A DNA stretch of 64,000 bases, taken from NCBI GenBank assembly GCA_964106915.2, contig OZ066914.1. One strand, written 5' to 3'. This stretch comes from Podarcis gaigeae (lineage: Eukaryota). The notes beneath the pieces are model-generated. The model was given only the letters and a program-made list of their open reading frames with translations, was not told where the DNA came from and ran no database searches. Position 1 is the stretch's first letter, and every line of letters begins with the position of its first letter. This document shows positions 25,277 through 38,765 of the stretch, piece after piece. A program made the translations under genes and the position numbers.

Positions 25277-27437
25277 CTGGGAGATTTGGTTCAGCCTATG
25301 ATGGGAGGCAGCAAATATCAGCGCACTAGCTGTGTTTTCCTCATTGCCATGGCAGCAGGGATGCCTCCCTGAATTATCATGAGAACAAGGATCACACACA
25401 GCTTAGGGGGCACTTTTAAAAGACTGGGGAGTGGCTGGCCAAGGATGATCCTCCCGTGGGTTCCAGAGGGAGTGCTGTAGATGTCCCCTCTCTTTGAACC
25501 CCCCCTTCTCAAGGCTGCTTATTTGTTGGAAGACCCTGAGGCCTGCATGCCTCACTCCACCAATGTGGGGATCAGCATGAGAAAGAATGAACCAAAGGCA
25601 CAGAGGGCAGAGAGGGATAGAGATACATGGTGAGAGGAGAGTTATATGCTATGCTATTTATCAGCCAGGAAATTGGTTGTAGGCCTTTAGTGAATAAACT
25701 ACAGTTTTATTAATCTAGTTTTAAAGCTTGCAGCTATAAAGAAAATGTTACACTTAAATACGTCAAAGCTTGTTTATAAAGAATAACCTCCAAACTGAAC
25801 CTAGAAGCATCCTTGTAGTTCAATGCCTTAAAGGAAATGAAAATAAGAAGTGGGGTTTTGTAGGTCTTACACTCCTGTCAGTATCACCTTTGCAGGTTAA
25901 GAAAACAGAGCACCCTAGCCACATTATTTAAAATTTCTGAAGGAAGGTTCTTTGGTGCTGTTCTTCACCCATCAGCCATCAGCAAAGAAACCAGGGGTCA
26001 GCTCCTTCTCATGAAACTGGCCCAGAGCACTGAGAATTCAGACTCAAGCAAAGACAGAGATTGTGCACTGGGTAGCAATATGGATTCTCCTTTTGGGGAA
26101 GCTCCATAGACATTATCACCAGCATGAGTAACACGAGTAGTCATACTGGGAGGACAAAAATAAGGAATTGTGACACCTTACTTTGCTGAAAGGGTTTTTT
26201 TATCTATGGATTTGAAAGACAATTATTTAACAGGAAACATCCATTTGCATATAATCTTCACAGAATCTTTGGAGGAATTAAAGTGAGTCTTGTCTCTCAT
26301 TATTCTGGTCGGGTAAATTTCTTACAATTGGTCATACATTGAGCAGGTATCTTCTTTTGAGGGTTGAACATATTTTGGACACTCCTCTCCACCCCTAATG
26401 AGTGACACAGTGTGTTGTGAACATTTTATTACCATGAGTTTGTAAGAGCAGTATGCTAGAAGATCATCATGGCAATGATGAGGCAATCCTGGCTCCATCT
26501 GTAAGCCAAAGAAGGAGCAGCTGCAAGGAGTTTGTCTTTCCCCCTCCCATGAATGAAAAACCTGCTCCAACTGCCAGGAACTCGGGGCTGCAGAATCAAA
26601 AAGAGCCACTCTCTGCCCTCTTCCACCAGTCAAGGCAATCCTTGCCTCCCAGGAAGGGAGGGAAGAGATCAGCCTGACCCCATACACTGGCCAATGAAAG
26701 AGCAGCTGCTCCAAAGTTTGCTTTCCTCTTTCCTTCCCATCTTTTTTCTTTTATATTATGTCTATATGATTGAAACCTGTGGACCGGGACTACAAGATCT
26801 TTTATTAAATTTCAGGCCCTAAACAACAACAATAATAACAGCAACAACAACAACAAGAACTCTGAATATGTGTCTGTTAGAAATCATAGCAGAATATCTG
26901 AAACATGTTTGATCCTGCTTCACAGTAAAACTATTTTAGAAACTGGAAACATTTTTCACACCTGTAAAGGGAAAGGCCGTAGAAAGACCATGAATCATGG
27001 AATGTAAACAGACATGTGACACGCAACAGTTCCACACGTCTGCCCCTTAAGGTGGAATGGAAATGTCAACACCTCTTCATCAGCCTGCCACATTCCTGTG
27101 TCTCACAGTTCCCCTTATGATGAACTATAGGCAGTTTAGTTTGTTAACTGGGCAACCAAATCTCTCCTGATGTGATTGATTTTTTAAAAAATGCTTTAAA
27201 TGATCTAACTGCACCGAAGTGATTATTTCTCTCAGGATTCAAAACAAACAAACAAAAACCTGTCAGCCCCCCTCCAATAAAACAAAAAAAGCAAACTGGT
27301 CAAATATGACCTTCAGGGTTTTGTTTTTGCTTAAGAAAGTGGATGGTTGGGGTCTTTCTGCTTCTATAATCTGTCATTCCCCAGGAAAGCAACACAACAT
27401 GACAGAAGCATGAGTACCAATTCAACAGTAATAAAAA

Positions 27438-27575
27438 NNNNNNNNNNNNNNNNNNNNNNNNNNNNNNNNNNNNNNNNNNNNNNNNNNNNNNNNNNNNNNN
27501 NNNNNNNNNNNNNNNNNNNNNNNNNNNNNNNNNNNNNNNNNNNNNNNNNNNNNNNNNNNNNNNNNNNNNNNNNNN
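27438..27575. other. Assembly gap (N run)
   Basis: Ns. Confidence 1.
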
Positions 27576-30500
27576 CCCCAGACAGGGCTCTTGTGCCTTT
27601 GACACAGCTTAATAAATAGAAATTCAACAGGAAAAGCATTGCCTATTTTGTATCTCCATGCCAGAAAAAATAGCACCTGACAAATTTATGCTACTTTTTG
27701 TTCTTCTTGAGTTTGTTAGAGGTAGAAAGGCCATGCCACAGCAGATTGCAGAAATTCTACTCAGGAATATGAGTAGGTTATGCTTGTGGATGTATCATGA
27801 GGATAGGGTTTGAGAATTCTAGTCAGGAGGTTCCATTCAGACTGGGGGCCCTTTCATGTACATTTTTAACAGTGCCTCTGGGCTCTTTTAAAATTCTGAA
27901 AGTTGCCTGCTCAGTTTCATCATAGGGGATCAGTAGTCATGTTCCAAGTTGTGGAAAAATGTAAAATGCTAGTAGTTTTCAGCAGGAGGAGAGAAAGGTG
28001 TCAACATTCATGCCTTCTAGTGCTTGCTTAAGTAGAGGCTGGTGAGAGGGTGACTCAGATAAGAGAATGGGACTATATATTTCACTGCAGGACCCTCTTT
28101 ATGGATGTTTCACGTTCTAAAATTTTGCATGTGCACACACATACATACACACATACAATATTCATGCCAGTGGGGTTTTGTGTCATTTGGTACAGCGCTC
28201 CTTTTCTTCAGAAGGTGCTTAGATATTGGAAGCAGAGTCAGGATGATTAGACAATAGTGGAAGCAATGCATCCACAGAGACATATTGGTTTTGCTGTCAC
28301 TGTGACTAAATAGGTGACAGAAAATTCACCACCATGGAATCCTGAAGCCAACTGAGCCGACCAAACACCTGCTCTGAAACTGCAGCAGCTCCTTCTATCA
28401 AATTCCACATTTCAGCCGTCATTTAAGCACATCCCACACCATGAAGACAATAAGGAGCTGCATACGAACTGGGGCCAGTTTGTTGATTAAATAATTTTAT
28501 GTCCCTCCCTTCCTCCCAATACGGTGCACAGGGCAGCTTACAACAACCACATAGGCCATTCTGAGGCTGCAGTACCTTTTACCCAACCACAAAGGATGGC
28601 TGCACTTGGAACACAACAACCCTGTGTGTAAGTTCAATACAGCCTAATGGAGACGAGAAGGAACTGTTGTTACTGTGGTTGGCCTGATGCGGACTTTTCT
28701 GCCCAGCTGCTTGTTATGTAAGTGTGAGCACTGGAGATAGCAGCAAGAGATGGAGGCAGTTGGCTCCACTCTCTGCTGGCTCCCCTTGAGTCTCTGTTGA
28801 TAGAGCACAGAAGCAGGATGACACCAGCACCATGACCATGGCTATAAAGGTCTTTCTTTGCAGTTCAACCGCCAGGGGGCTTTTCTTGGTTAGACATTAT
28901 GCACAAAGCCATCAAAAGTCATATAAATATGAATTCATACCACAGGGAGGCTTCCCCATAGAACCTTGTGGCTTGACAACAGGTTGGGGAGGGACCTGTG
29001 GTCCTCCAGATGCTACTGGATTACAAATACCATCAGTCACACACCCTTCCATACACCCACCCACCCCATCCTACATGGCATACATTACATTTTAGGCTAT
29101 GCCCTCAGTGTAAGGATGAGGTAGTTTTGTCAGTGGGCCAAGCAAGACATTTTTTAAAAAGAATGTAAAAGCAGCTGGGGGGAGGGGGCTGAGAATAACT
29201 CTTCCCTCCTGCACTATTATCCTGGTCTAAGATGCTATATGTTCTTTGAGGGGAAAATATAGGTTCCAATATAGTATTTGTAAGTGTTCCCCCACCGGAC
29301 CAATAGCAGCTGGGAGGATTTTAGTTGGGAAGATGATAGGAGGGGGAAAAGGTTAACTGCTCTTCCCTACCACAGTGACCTTGATTCAGTTCAGCTCCCT
29401 TCCCCAAGCTGGTTTTAATATTTACCTTTTCAAGAACAAATGTAAAAGAAAAAAAATTATAGGAGATCTGATCACAGTTGCCAAGATGTCATATTGAGAT
29501 TTGCCCTCACTATGTACTAGGACTCTAAGATGCATGTGAAGTCAGGGCAAGCATTTTCTCCCCCTCCCTAACAAACGCACACACAAACATTGTTGTATAA
29601 TTTTTTTTCCTCCTGTAAGTTTTCCCCCCTGTAACACAGTTTCATGATAAATAATATTTATACTGTGATCATTAAAAGAAACTTCTCTACCCAGAAGAAA
29701 ACAACAGGTCCCACAACAGGTATAATCCAAAACTGGAGCTTACCCCAATGCGTCAGCACTTGTCATCCTTGGCAGTGGGGAATAAATAGAGGAGAAGGAG
29801 AGAGAAAGAAAGGGACGTGGAAGCAGGTGGAGAAAAGAGTACGAAAAGCAGAGTGAAATACTGTTCGGAGAACTACATGGTCATAATTATTGCCACAGGC
29901 ATCTGCTGCTGATGGAAGCACCAGTGGGGAATTATGCATGGGAAGGGGGAAGTTGTCATTTCCTAAACAAATATTTCCATATAGCTCATAATGATAGAAG
30001 AAGTTTGCATCTGGGATTATGGGGGCAGACACATCAAGTGTAAATGTGAAAAATAAAACATTGCTTGCCCACCCTCATTAAGCCAGTCTGTGGAGTTAGC
30101 AGTCCAGATCTGATTTGCGGTTGTTTTTATTTATGGCAAATAATCAGATTTTGCACAGTGGGCCGTACTGAAAAGGATGTGGATCTTCCTCCATTTTGCT
30201 CATGTAACATTCTCCTGCCCAGTGATGTCCAGCTAGGAATATCCTTTTCCAAAGTGTGTATCTATACTTTATATGTAGTGTTAAATGCACTGATAATTAA
30301 GACCAATATTTCTGAGTGGGTATGAGGCTCGGATGAACAAAGCTGCAAGTGAAGGATGTAACTCACTGGGAGTTTCTCCTGTTCTGCTGAAATGTAAAAA
30401 ATATATATATGTATTGCCTTTCATGGCTGCTATTCATCTGAGTGAGACTCATGTAGAAATCCTGAGTAGGTTGTGTTCAAAGTTGCAATTCTACTTTAAT

Positions 30501-32050
30501 TCTGGCTGAAAGGACCTTCAACTTTTTCCAAAATAGATAAAAATCTATTTTTATTAAATTAAAATTAAAACCAGGGGTTCTCTGCCTAAAAACAGTGGAA
30601 AATAAATGCACAATATAAAATAAATGCAGCCTTAAGCACAAGCTATTAAACAGATGTTAACTGTTTCTCTGTCCTACTACAAATTATAACACTGCTAAGT
30701 TACATTTCTACCCTGGTTTTCATTTTAATGTTGCTCAAGCCACATCACACTTGTGATGGGCAAGCAGAAATCTGTAGATGTATTGTGGAATAAACTTGTA
30801 TGATTATTATTCATTTTTTCCCCATATCCCAATTTTGTCTCCCTCTTCCCAACTTCTGTAGGGATCATTTTTAAAAGCTTTCATTTAAGTCTTCATCTCC
30901 TTTTAAACCAGGTACTGTGCATCGTTGGTTGGTTGCTTGCCCCACCAACCAAGTCATCTAACTTTCACTAGGAGGCTGTCATAGAAACAAAAGAGCCTGT
31001 TGGTTAAGCTAATCTCAAACAACATGCCAATTTCCTATGGGAAACTTTAAAGGACTTGAGTGCAAAACACTAGATACACCAAAGAATGGCCTTTCCTCGT
31101 GTTTCTGAAGTATATTTCCCAAGTTTGCTCAGCATTGAGACTGTGCAACATGGAAGCTGTAAAGAAATACTATGTCTTAGACAACAATTAAATAATGTCC
31201 CTTCCAACTCCACAGTTCTACCTAATTGTATGAAAACATGTTAATTGCCATAGGATATTCAAACTACTTCCTCTTTCTGCTTTAGGAGACTCATCTCCAC
31301 AGCAAGCCTCTTCTGTTCTGGCAGTGGAAATTTACTGCCGTATCCTAACATGCACTATTGGGCCATAAGCCAGAAACAGCAGCTTAGAAGACACACAGAA
31401 GGTGAAATTATGGGATCAGCCTCAGTTTTTTTGAGGCCTGGGGATGTGGACAAGATCCTTGCCTATTTACTTACTATTTACTTCTCTTGACCCTTGCTCA
31501 TCATGCTTGATCAAAGCTAGTCATGCAGAGTTAACCAGGTGGATCCAGGAATTGGTAAATGCATCACTTTGTGAAACTGCATTTCACTGTGTGACCACTT
31601 CTGAAAAACCTGTACTGGGATCCAGAGGTTTATTCCAACTACCAGCTGTTTACTAATACTCCTTTTGGGGGCAGTGTGCTTGAGAAGGTGGTGGTTGCCC
31701 TCCTACAGGTGCACTCTTGGAGGAAACCGATTATCTGCACCTATTTCAATCTGAATTCAGACGTGGTTTTAAAGCAGAATTGGCCCTGATCACTCTGATG
31801 GATGACTTCCAGCAGAGAAACAGAGGGAGTACAACCCAGTTTATCTTGTTGGATCTCTCAGTAGCTTTTGATACTGTTGACCACAGTATTCTCCTGGATC
31901 ATCTCAATGGGCTGGTAGGAGGAAGCACTTGATTATGGTGGACACTACCTGCAGAAATAGTTCCAGTGAGTAGCATTGGAGGACTGTGCCTTGGTTTAAT
32001 GTTTAATTGTGTTTTTGTATGTGCTGGAAGCCACCAAAGTAATCTGATGG

Positions 32051-32051
<1 letters not shown>

Positions 32052-32095
<44 letters not shown>
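32052..32095. repeat. (AAT)n microsatellite, tail of a short retroelement 3' end inserted in the LINE
   Basis: Read directly; source of the poly-N, poly-L and poly-Y ORFs. Confidence 0.9.
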
Positions 32096-32552
32096 TAACC
32101 CCCCCTCTCCAATTCCTATGGGCTGTTCTGATGGTTCTCCCTCCCCCCAACAATTTGGGGAGAGTGCAGGGAAAATCACTTCTGCACAAGCAGAAGTCCT
32201 TGTGCAGAGCTTCCACCGACAGAGTTCCTTGGATGAATCCCATCCAATGTCCCCAATACTATTTAACAACTACCGTAGATACAGCCACTGGGAGCAGCCA
32301 TTAGGAGATTTGAAGCAATTGGTCACCAATATGCAGATGATGCAGAGCTCTGTTTCACTGTAACATCTGGGTCAGGCAAGGATGTGAATTTTCTGAACCA
32401 GTGTCTGGCCACAGTAATGGAATAAACTGAGAATGACTCCTGGGAAGACAGAAACCCTATACAGTAGATAGGTCTTTCTCATGGTCAAGAAATTAGACGT
32501 CTGCTTGTTCTGGATGTGTTTGCATTTCCTCCACCGGAGTAGGTACATAGTA

Positions 32553-33080
32553 CAGTGGTGCCTCGCAAGACGAAATTAATTCGTTCCGCAAGTCTTTTCG
32601 TCTTGCGAGTTTTTCGTCTTGTGAAGCACGGTTTCCCATAGGAATGCATTGAAAATCAATCAATGCGTTCCTATGGAAACCACCTTCAGACCAGGTCCAG
32701 GGACAGTCTGTCCCCCGACCTCTTCTGAAGGCCGGCGGGGGGCGAAAGTCTTTGCTTCCACCCCGCCTGCCTTCCCGGGACAGCGGAGACTTCTCCGCTG
32801 TCCCGGGCGATCTTAAAATGCTGTCCGGGAGAGCGGAGAATCGCAGCGCATTTCTCCGCTCTCCCGGGAAGGCAGGCAGGGGGGAGCAAAGACTTTCGCC
32901 CCCCGCCGGCCTTCAGAAGAGGTCCAGGACCTCTTCTGAAGGCCGGCGGGGGGCGAAAGTCTTTGCTCCCCCCCGCCTGCCTTCAAAAGCCATCCGGGAG
33001 AGCGGAGAATCGCAGCGCGTTTCTCCGCTCTCCCGGGAAGGCAGGCAGGGGGGAGGCATTCGTCTTGCGGGGCACCACTG
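32553..33080. mobile_element. Tc1/mariner (Tigger/pogo-like) non-autonomous element, young, GC-rich, nested in a LINE
   Basis: TIRs CAGTGGTGCCTCGCAAGACGAA / TTCGTCTTGCGGGGCACCACTG; TA on both flanks; many intact CpGs. Confidence 0.9.
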
Positions 33081-36000
33081 TATCCTAGATCAATCTTTGT
33101 CAATAGAGACCAAAGTGACTACTGTGGCACATAGTGTTCACTACCAACTTTGGTTGGTGTGACAGCGATAGTGGTCCATGGTGTAGCATGTTGTTTGGGG
33201 TGCTGCTCTTAAACTTGGTTTGGAAGCTGCAGCTTGTGCAGAATATTGTGGCTGGAGTACTGAGTGTCTAGGTATGTACACCAGTGCTTGAAGATCTGCA
33301 CCAGGTGGCTATCTACTATCGAGCCGAATTCAAAGTTTTATTATTAACATGTAAAGCCCTAAACAACTTGGGACCAGTATACCTAGATGACCACCTCCCC
33401 TGTTATAGGCCAAATCATCCTTTACAATAACCAGGCCCTGTTCACTGTAGGATGGTCAGTGGATTGCCAGCTGGAAACCATTTGGAAACAGGTCTCTTCA
33501 GTTATAGCACTAACCCTCTGTCCCCCACAGGAGAGATAGAAGAAGCTCAATCTCAGTTGTCCTACTCAGGCGTATTTGGATGCTTGAGAACGTTATCCTG
33601 TTCAGACTTGCTGTTTAAATGATTGTCTTATTAACAATGCATTCATTGCAATTTGTTGTATTTTGATGTCCTAATTTTTGTAAACCACTTAGGGATTTTG
33701 CCAAAAATGTAAAATAAATAAAACACTCAACTCTGCTCCATTTCATAAATGATATTGCCATTTGGATAGATGTCCTTTCAATCAGATTTGAGGTGTTACT
33801 AGAAGGTCCAGCAGACACATATTTCTAACTTATTTACACCCATACGCATTATTCTTTGTGTATCCCTTGTATACCTTCCATCTTTGTGAAGTTCTGGTGA
33901 ATATTATTGATGTAGAGAAGGAATATATTAAACTTATAAACCCACATTTTAATATATAAAAGGCCACATTTTGTTGTCAGATTTAGCAATATAGATATTT
34001 TTACAATTGATGTTCCCAAGTACATTATCTGGTTATCTGGATGTGCATGTAAATCAATGTGCAAGTGACTGCACATAACACATACACAAATGCTGAGAAA
34101 GTAAACAGAATTTGTGTGTGTGTTTATATCAATGTGGACACATAAATGCTATTAATCTTTAGTTTTCCCAGAAAGGGAAAGGCACTTAGGAGTTTAACGA
34201 TGAGTATGGACATCACATTGACAATGGGGAAAGAAAGTTGGGAAATGAGGTTATTTAAACAAAAATAATAATCCCAGAACACAATAAACCCAGCAGCGCA
34301 GACATGTGCATTTCCTACAGTACTGAAGCATGTGAACTACGGAGCTGCAGCAACCCAGATGTAGAAGAAGCACTGAGGGACAGGGCAACAGATGAGAGAC
34401 ACAGAAAGAGAGAAAGATAAAGAGAAAGACTATAAAGACTAGAAGAGAGAGAGAGAGAGATTGAGAGAGAAAAAATGGAGGGAGAGAGGGAGGGAAAGAA
34501 ACAGTGGCCTCAGCTACCAAGACAACTGTGTGCATCTAGAGGGGCAGGATCCTTAAAGATGCAGTATTCCTTTTAAAATAAACCAAGAGTGAGAGAAATA
34601 TTAAGACATTGACCAGGCACCATTTCAAATGTGTGATTTGTTATCCCAACAAGGAAATATTTTGATGGGGTTTTCTTTGTTGCACTTCTTTTCTGCTCCT
34701 GTACTTGGACCTATATTTTCTCATCTTCCCATAACCTTTTCCTCAGTGTACATAAAAAAGACCTAACCCATAAAATTTTAGAAATCCCCCTTTCCCCTTT
34801 GTGGATCACACATGCCCCTCCCCTCCATTTTCTTCATCCTTTCGTAGATCAGAAAATTGCCACTTTGGGTCAGAGTTAAGATTGTGCTGTTTGTAACTGA
34901 TTTCTGCAATGGCTTTCAAATCATAATTATTTCTATAGGTGGGAGTACAGTGGCCATATATTCGTCTCATACAAAAGGTTATGGAGATTGGTTGATCTTT
35001 TCTGTGGATTTGCATTTGCTAAACTATTCTTACAACTGGTTTATCTTCAACTTGTGATGCTGCATGTCCTACTTCAACAAACTTTTCTAAGAAATAGTTG
35101 AGACTTGTGGTGAGTTGTGATCTGTTTACGAATTGAGCCATTCCCAAAAATTGTTCAGCTCATGCATACGCACTGTAAAAGTCCATTTGTATTGACTTCA
35201 AGATGTGAAATGGAGCCTACTTTTGTCAGTTCTTCCAGGAAGGACCAGAACTGGAAATGTTACTCCTGTCACTAATAAAATATTGATGCATTTATAGAGG
35301 TCTCCGCCTCCTAAGCATTCCATGTGCTTCACAAACACTGTCTCAACAATGCTCAACATATAAAATAGGCCAGCATTACATTTCCCCTGTTACAGAACCA
35401 GTTCAAAACTAAGAGAGGCTGCTGTAGCAAAGTGAGACTTGTCTGTTTTTCAAAATAAAATAAAAAACATCAGTGCAGGCACCCATTCTGGGGAAATGGT
35501 AAGTTGGCTGAGACTTGTGTAACTACAGGAGAAAAAAGGTTAAGGTGGGTTGAATGATGGGTGGGAAGATCTAGTAAAACCTTTTTTTTTCCCTTAAGGG
35601 AAATGCATCAAAAGCCACTGTCGTGATAAGGAAGGGGGAAATGGCCAAGGCTGGGCTATCATCCTGATCTGTCTGGCAAGAACTTTGACAGGGCTAACAA
35701 GACGTGGTTAGGTTTTCAGAACCCCATCCCACAACCGTCACTCCAGGCTGAGATTTGTATCAAGGCTCTGGCTCCCGCAACAGAGCTTGGGGACTCCCTG
35801 ACGAGCACTGCACAAGACAGCAGCTCATTATTTTCCCCCAGCTTGTGAACTTTTTATGAGTTCCTGGCAGCTTGGCTGCAATGCTCTCTTCCTGCAGGCC
35901 CTCATAAAAATGAGTGCCTTGTATGCTGTGCCAGAATCAGACCATCCATCTGCTGACAGGCAGAGTTCCCTCTATCTGCAGCTTCTAAATGAGAAACCTG

Positions 36001-36429
36001 CAGGTCCTTTAAAAAGTTTATTTAGTGGACTTTCTTGGCCTACAAAAGCAGTTTCTAGGCTTAATTTGAGCCAAGGTTTGCAAAAGCTCAGTCCAAGAGC
36101 CCATTTTCAATATTATGAATACCAGCTCAAGTGCAGTGCAGTGGCTAAGCAACTGAGGACTCACCCACAATTCCACTTGTCCCATGCTTAGAAAGCACAG
36201 GTCCAAGCAGTTTCCACTTCTTTCCCAGGAAAACCCCGCTCTTTAGCTCTAAATCAGAACAAACAACAATACATGGAAAACCCAATAGCTATTTGCTCTT
36301 ATTCAGTGCTAAAGAGTGGTTTTCCCCAGGGGAAAAGCAGTGGGATAACAGTGGATAAACAAAAGTGTGGATAACACTAGGAAGCAACCAGTTCAAATCT
36401 TGCCCCTGCAATGTACTCACTAGTCAGAT

Positions 36430-36612
36430 CAGAGCCAGTGGGGGTGGGGTGGGTAGAGTGTTGGACTAGAACCTGGAAGCCTTGGGTTTAAATTTTCACT
36501 AAACTGGGAAGCCAGTCTCTCAATCTAATTTACCTCATAGTGTATTATGAGGATTAAATAGGGAAGAACCACGTATGAGGAAAGGTGGGATATAATTGTA
36601 TATATAAATAAT
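36430..36612 (+). mobile_element. Degraded tRNA/CORE SINE
   Basis: GAGCCAGTG...AGAGTGTTGGACTAGAACCTGG...GGGTTTAAAT...CTAATTTACCTCATAG; A-rich end. Confidence 0.6.
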
Positions 36613-37832
36613 AACTCTCTTCTGCTCTTAGCTCCCAAACTACAAAAATGGATATAGTGAGTTACCGAATAGGGCAACTGTAATGATTACAAGACAATGT
36701 ATATGGAGCAATTTGAAAACCTCAAGTGTTATTCATAATGCAGTGGCTAGGACTTCTTTCCCACAGTATGCAGGTTGGGTGTAGACCAATGTACCTTTGA
36801 GTACATGCAGAATATTTTTCTTTGCCCGTGTGTAACTACAGTGAGACTCCACATACTTAAGTATATGCCATGCTTCCTTACAGATTATATGAGTGTAGTC
36901 GCAAAAGGTTCCTAGGTGATAAACTAGGGGTACAATCCACCACTAGAAAACTCTCATCTATCTCAGTGGGATTTGGACACTATCTGCTGTCTATGTTCGA
37001 AAGGAAAGGACTTAAATGGTTCAAAACCTAGTTAATGTTCTAGAGCAATGAATAATTTTCCAGATGGTTAGAAAAGAGTAGATTCTATTTTTCAAGTGAA
37101 TGAACTGGGTGCTGCCTTTGTCAATGTTAACAAGACAGGAAATATTACACAGTGTTATTACTTTTATGCCTCATTTTTATCATTGTTAAAGGTTTTAAAA
37201 ATGAAACAACTCAAAAGTAGCAACAATGCATTCAACAGCTGCACAAAAACAACACCAACACAGAGTTTCAGCTGGTGCGTTTTGTCATGCAGAGATGAGA
37301 AAAGCTGCACCTTTGGAAACTCCATCTGCTACACCAGTCTTAGCCAACCTGGTGCCCTCCAGATGTTTTGGATAACAACCCCCTTCAGATGCCAAAGGCA
37401 GCACTGCACAATTATTAAGTCCGCTTTCCCATTAACAATCTTGCTCCTATCTCTTATGGCAGAGTGCAGCACCTTTTGGCAACTGAACTGTCATGGCTGA
37501 GGAGGGCAAGGAAAGTCAGCCTAATCTTCAAAGTTCAAGATTATTATTATTAATAATAATAGCTAACATATTTTATGTAGTTTGCTTAAGGATCGGGGGC
37601 CCTTCTACTGCTGGTTAAATGGTTTACCAATACCAAATTTGGCTTCCCCAGGAGTACCATTGCCTTCCTCCATTTGCCAGCATAGAGGCAAGAAAGGTAT
37701 ATGGAGGAAGAGGTGGCTTCATCCCAGGGACTTTGGGAGATGGAGGAACCCTGGCTTGTCACCACCTGTTCCTTCCTCACTGTAGCTCTCCTGTAAATTA
37801 GTTACTGACTCATGGTCACAGAACACACTAGT

Positions 37833-37952
37833 GCAACCCCAACCCAGTGCCCTCCAGATATTATTGGACTACAACTCCCATCATCCCTTGTCAGCATGGT
37901 CAGTAGTCAGGGATAGTCCAGCATCTGGAAGGTGCCAGCCTGGGGAAGGCTG
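37833..37952. repeat. Common squamate short hAT-derived repeat (GGACTACAACTCCCATCATCCC); fragments also near 11190, 28980, 37340, 52130
   Basis: Recurrent CCCTCCAGATGTT..GGACTACAACTCCC motif. Confidence 0.6.
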
Positions 37953-38115
37953 GAATAGTGTGCTGATGTGGAGAAAACTAGCTATTGGTCCACCCAAAAC
38001 TGGGTCTCTTTCTCTCAAGTGCAAGCAAAATTTTCCCCAGTGAAGAAGGTAAGTACTGCATCTTTAAGGAATAGCAGTGAGGTAAAGGAGAGGAACAGAT
38101 TGTTGGTGTTTATAC

Positions 38116-38181
38116 CTTTCTTCTTTGTTGAATTTGGGATTGGCGTCACAGATATCCAGGCTTTTACTGAACATTGTTTTA
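38116..38181 (-). CDS. BRSK2: BRSK2 cassette exon (66 nt): (S)KTMFSKSLDICDANPKFNKEE(R)
   Basis: cctgccatag|TAAAACAATG...GAAAG|gtataa; symmetric phase 2-2; resembles the optional SKAMFSKSLDIAEAHPQFSKEDR insert I recall from mammalian BRSK2 isoforms. Confidence 0.88.
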
Positions 38182-38589
38182 CTATGGCAGGAACAAAGTG
38201 AGAAAACAGAGTTACTAATGTGGACATTCATATGAGATTTGCCTGACGCAGTCCCTGAGACCCACCCACCCAAAGTTACCCCACCCATTTTGAAGAAATG
38301 CTCTGGAACAGGGATCAGAACTGTGTTCCTTTACCAATTGGGTGTCTTGCCCCGGAAAGGTACCAAATTTATGGGTGTACTCAACTTAGATTTGGCTTAT
38401 ACTACACCAATGAAGCAAGTGGGGAGATTTTGATACTGAATTTGATGATGCAAGCTCAAACCACAACTCTCAAGTTGGTCATGGTGGCATGAGGCAAGAT
38501 TCATTTTATACAAACCATGTCTCTAAAACTTCTTGCACATGCCTTCCCCAAACCCAAGTTAGCCGATGAGGAAATGCTGACCCAAAGTA

Positions 38590-38765
38590 AAAACAAAAAT
38601 AATTCCTTCCAGTAGCACCTTAAAGACCAACTAAGTTAGTTCTTGGTATGAGCTTTGCACACGAAAGCTCATACCAAGAACTAACTTAGTTGGTCTTTAA
38701 GGTGCTACTGGAAGGAATTTTTTTTGTTTTGACTATGACAGACCAACACGGCTACCTATCTGTAA
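38590..38765. mobile_element. Penelope-like retroelement remnant, second copy
   Basis: 67-bp inverted arms (38590-38656/38664-38730, one mismatch); direct repeat CTGACCCAAAGTA at 38577-38589 and 38766-38778. Confidence 0.8.

Larger units (their letters stand above)
31480..33600 (+). mobile_element. Degraded L2/CR1-group LINE ORF2 (RT) fragment interrupted by insertions
   Basis: FQSEFRRG..LLDLSVAFDTVDHSILL RT motif (31717-31932); later degenerate YADD-like and 3' segments; boundaries approximate. Confidence 0.85.

Noticed and set aside
25400-25560. Possible alternative terminal exon (VFQQISSLEKGGFKERGH...SAP-stop) on the minus strand
   Set aside because: The acceptor lacks an adjacent pyrimidine tract, and I recognise no homology
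27300-27676. ORFs spanning N runs (also 46852-47390)
   Set aside because: Artefacts of assembly gaps
31899-32304. Poly-Asn, poly-Leu and poly-Tyr ORFs
   Set aside because: Translations of the (AAT)n microsatellite
32686-33162. Repetitive ORFs on both strands
   Set aside because: Products of the GC-rich palindromic MITE interior; no transposase motifs
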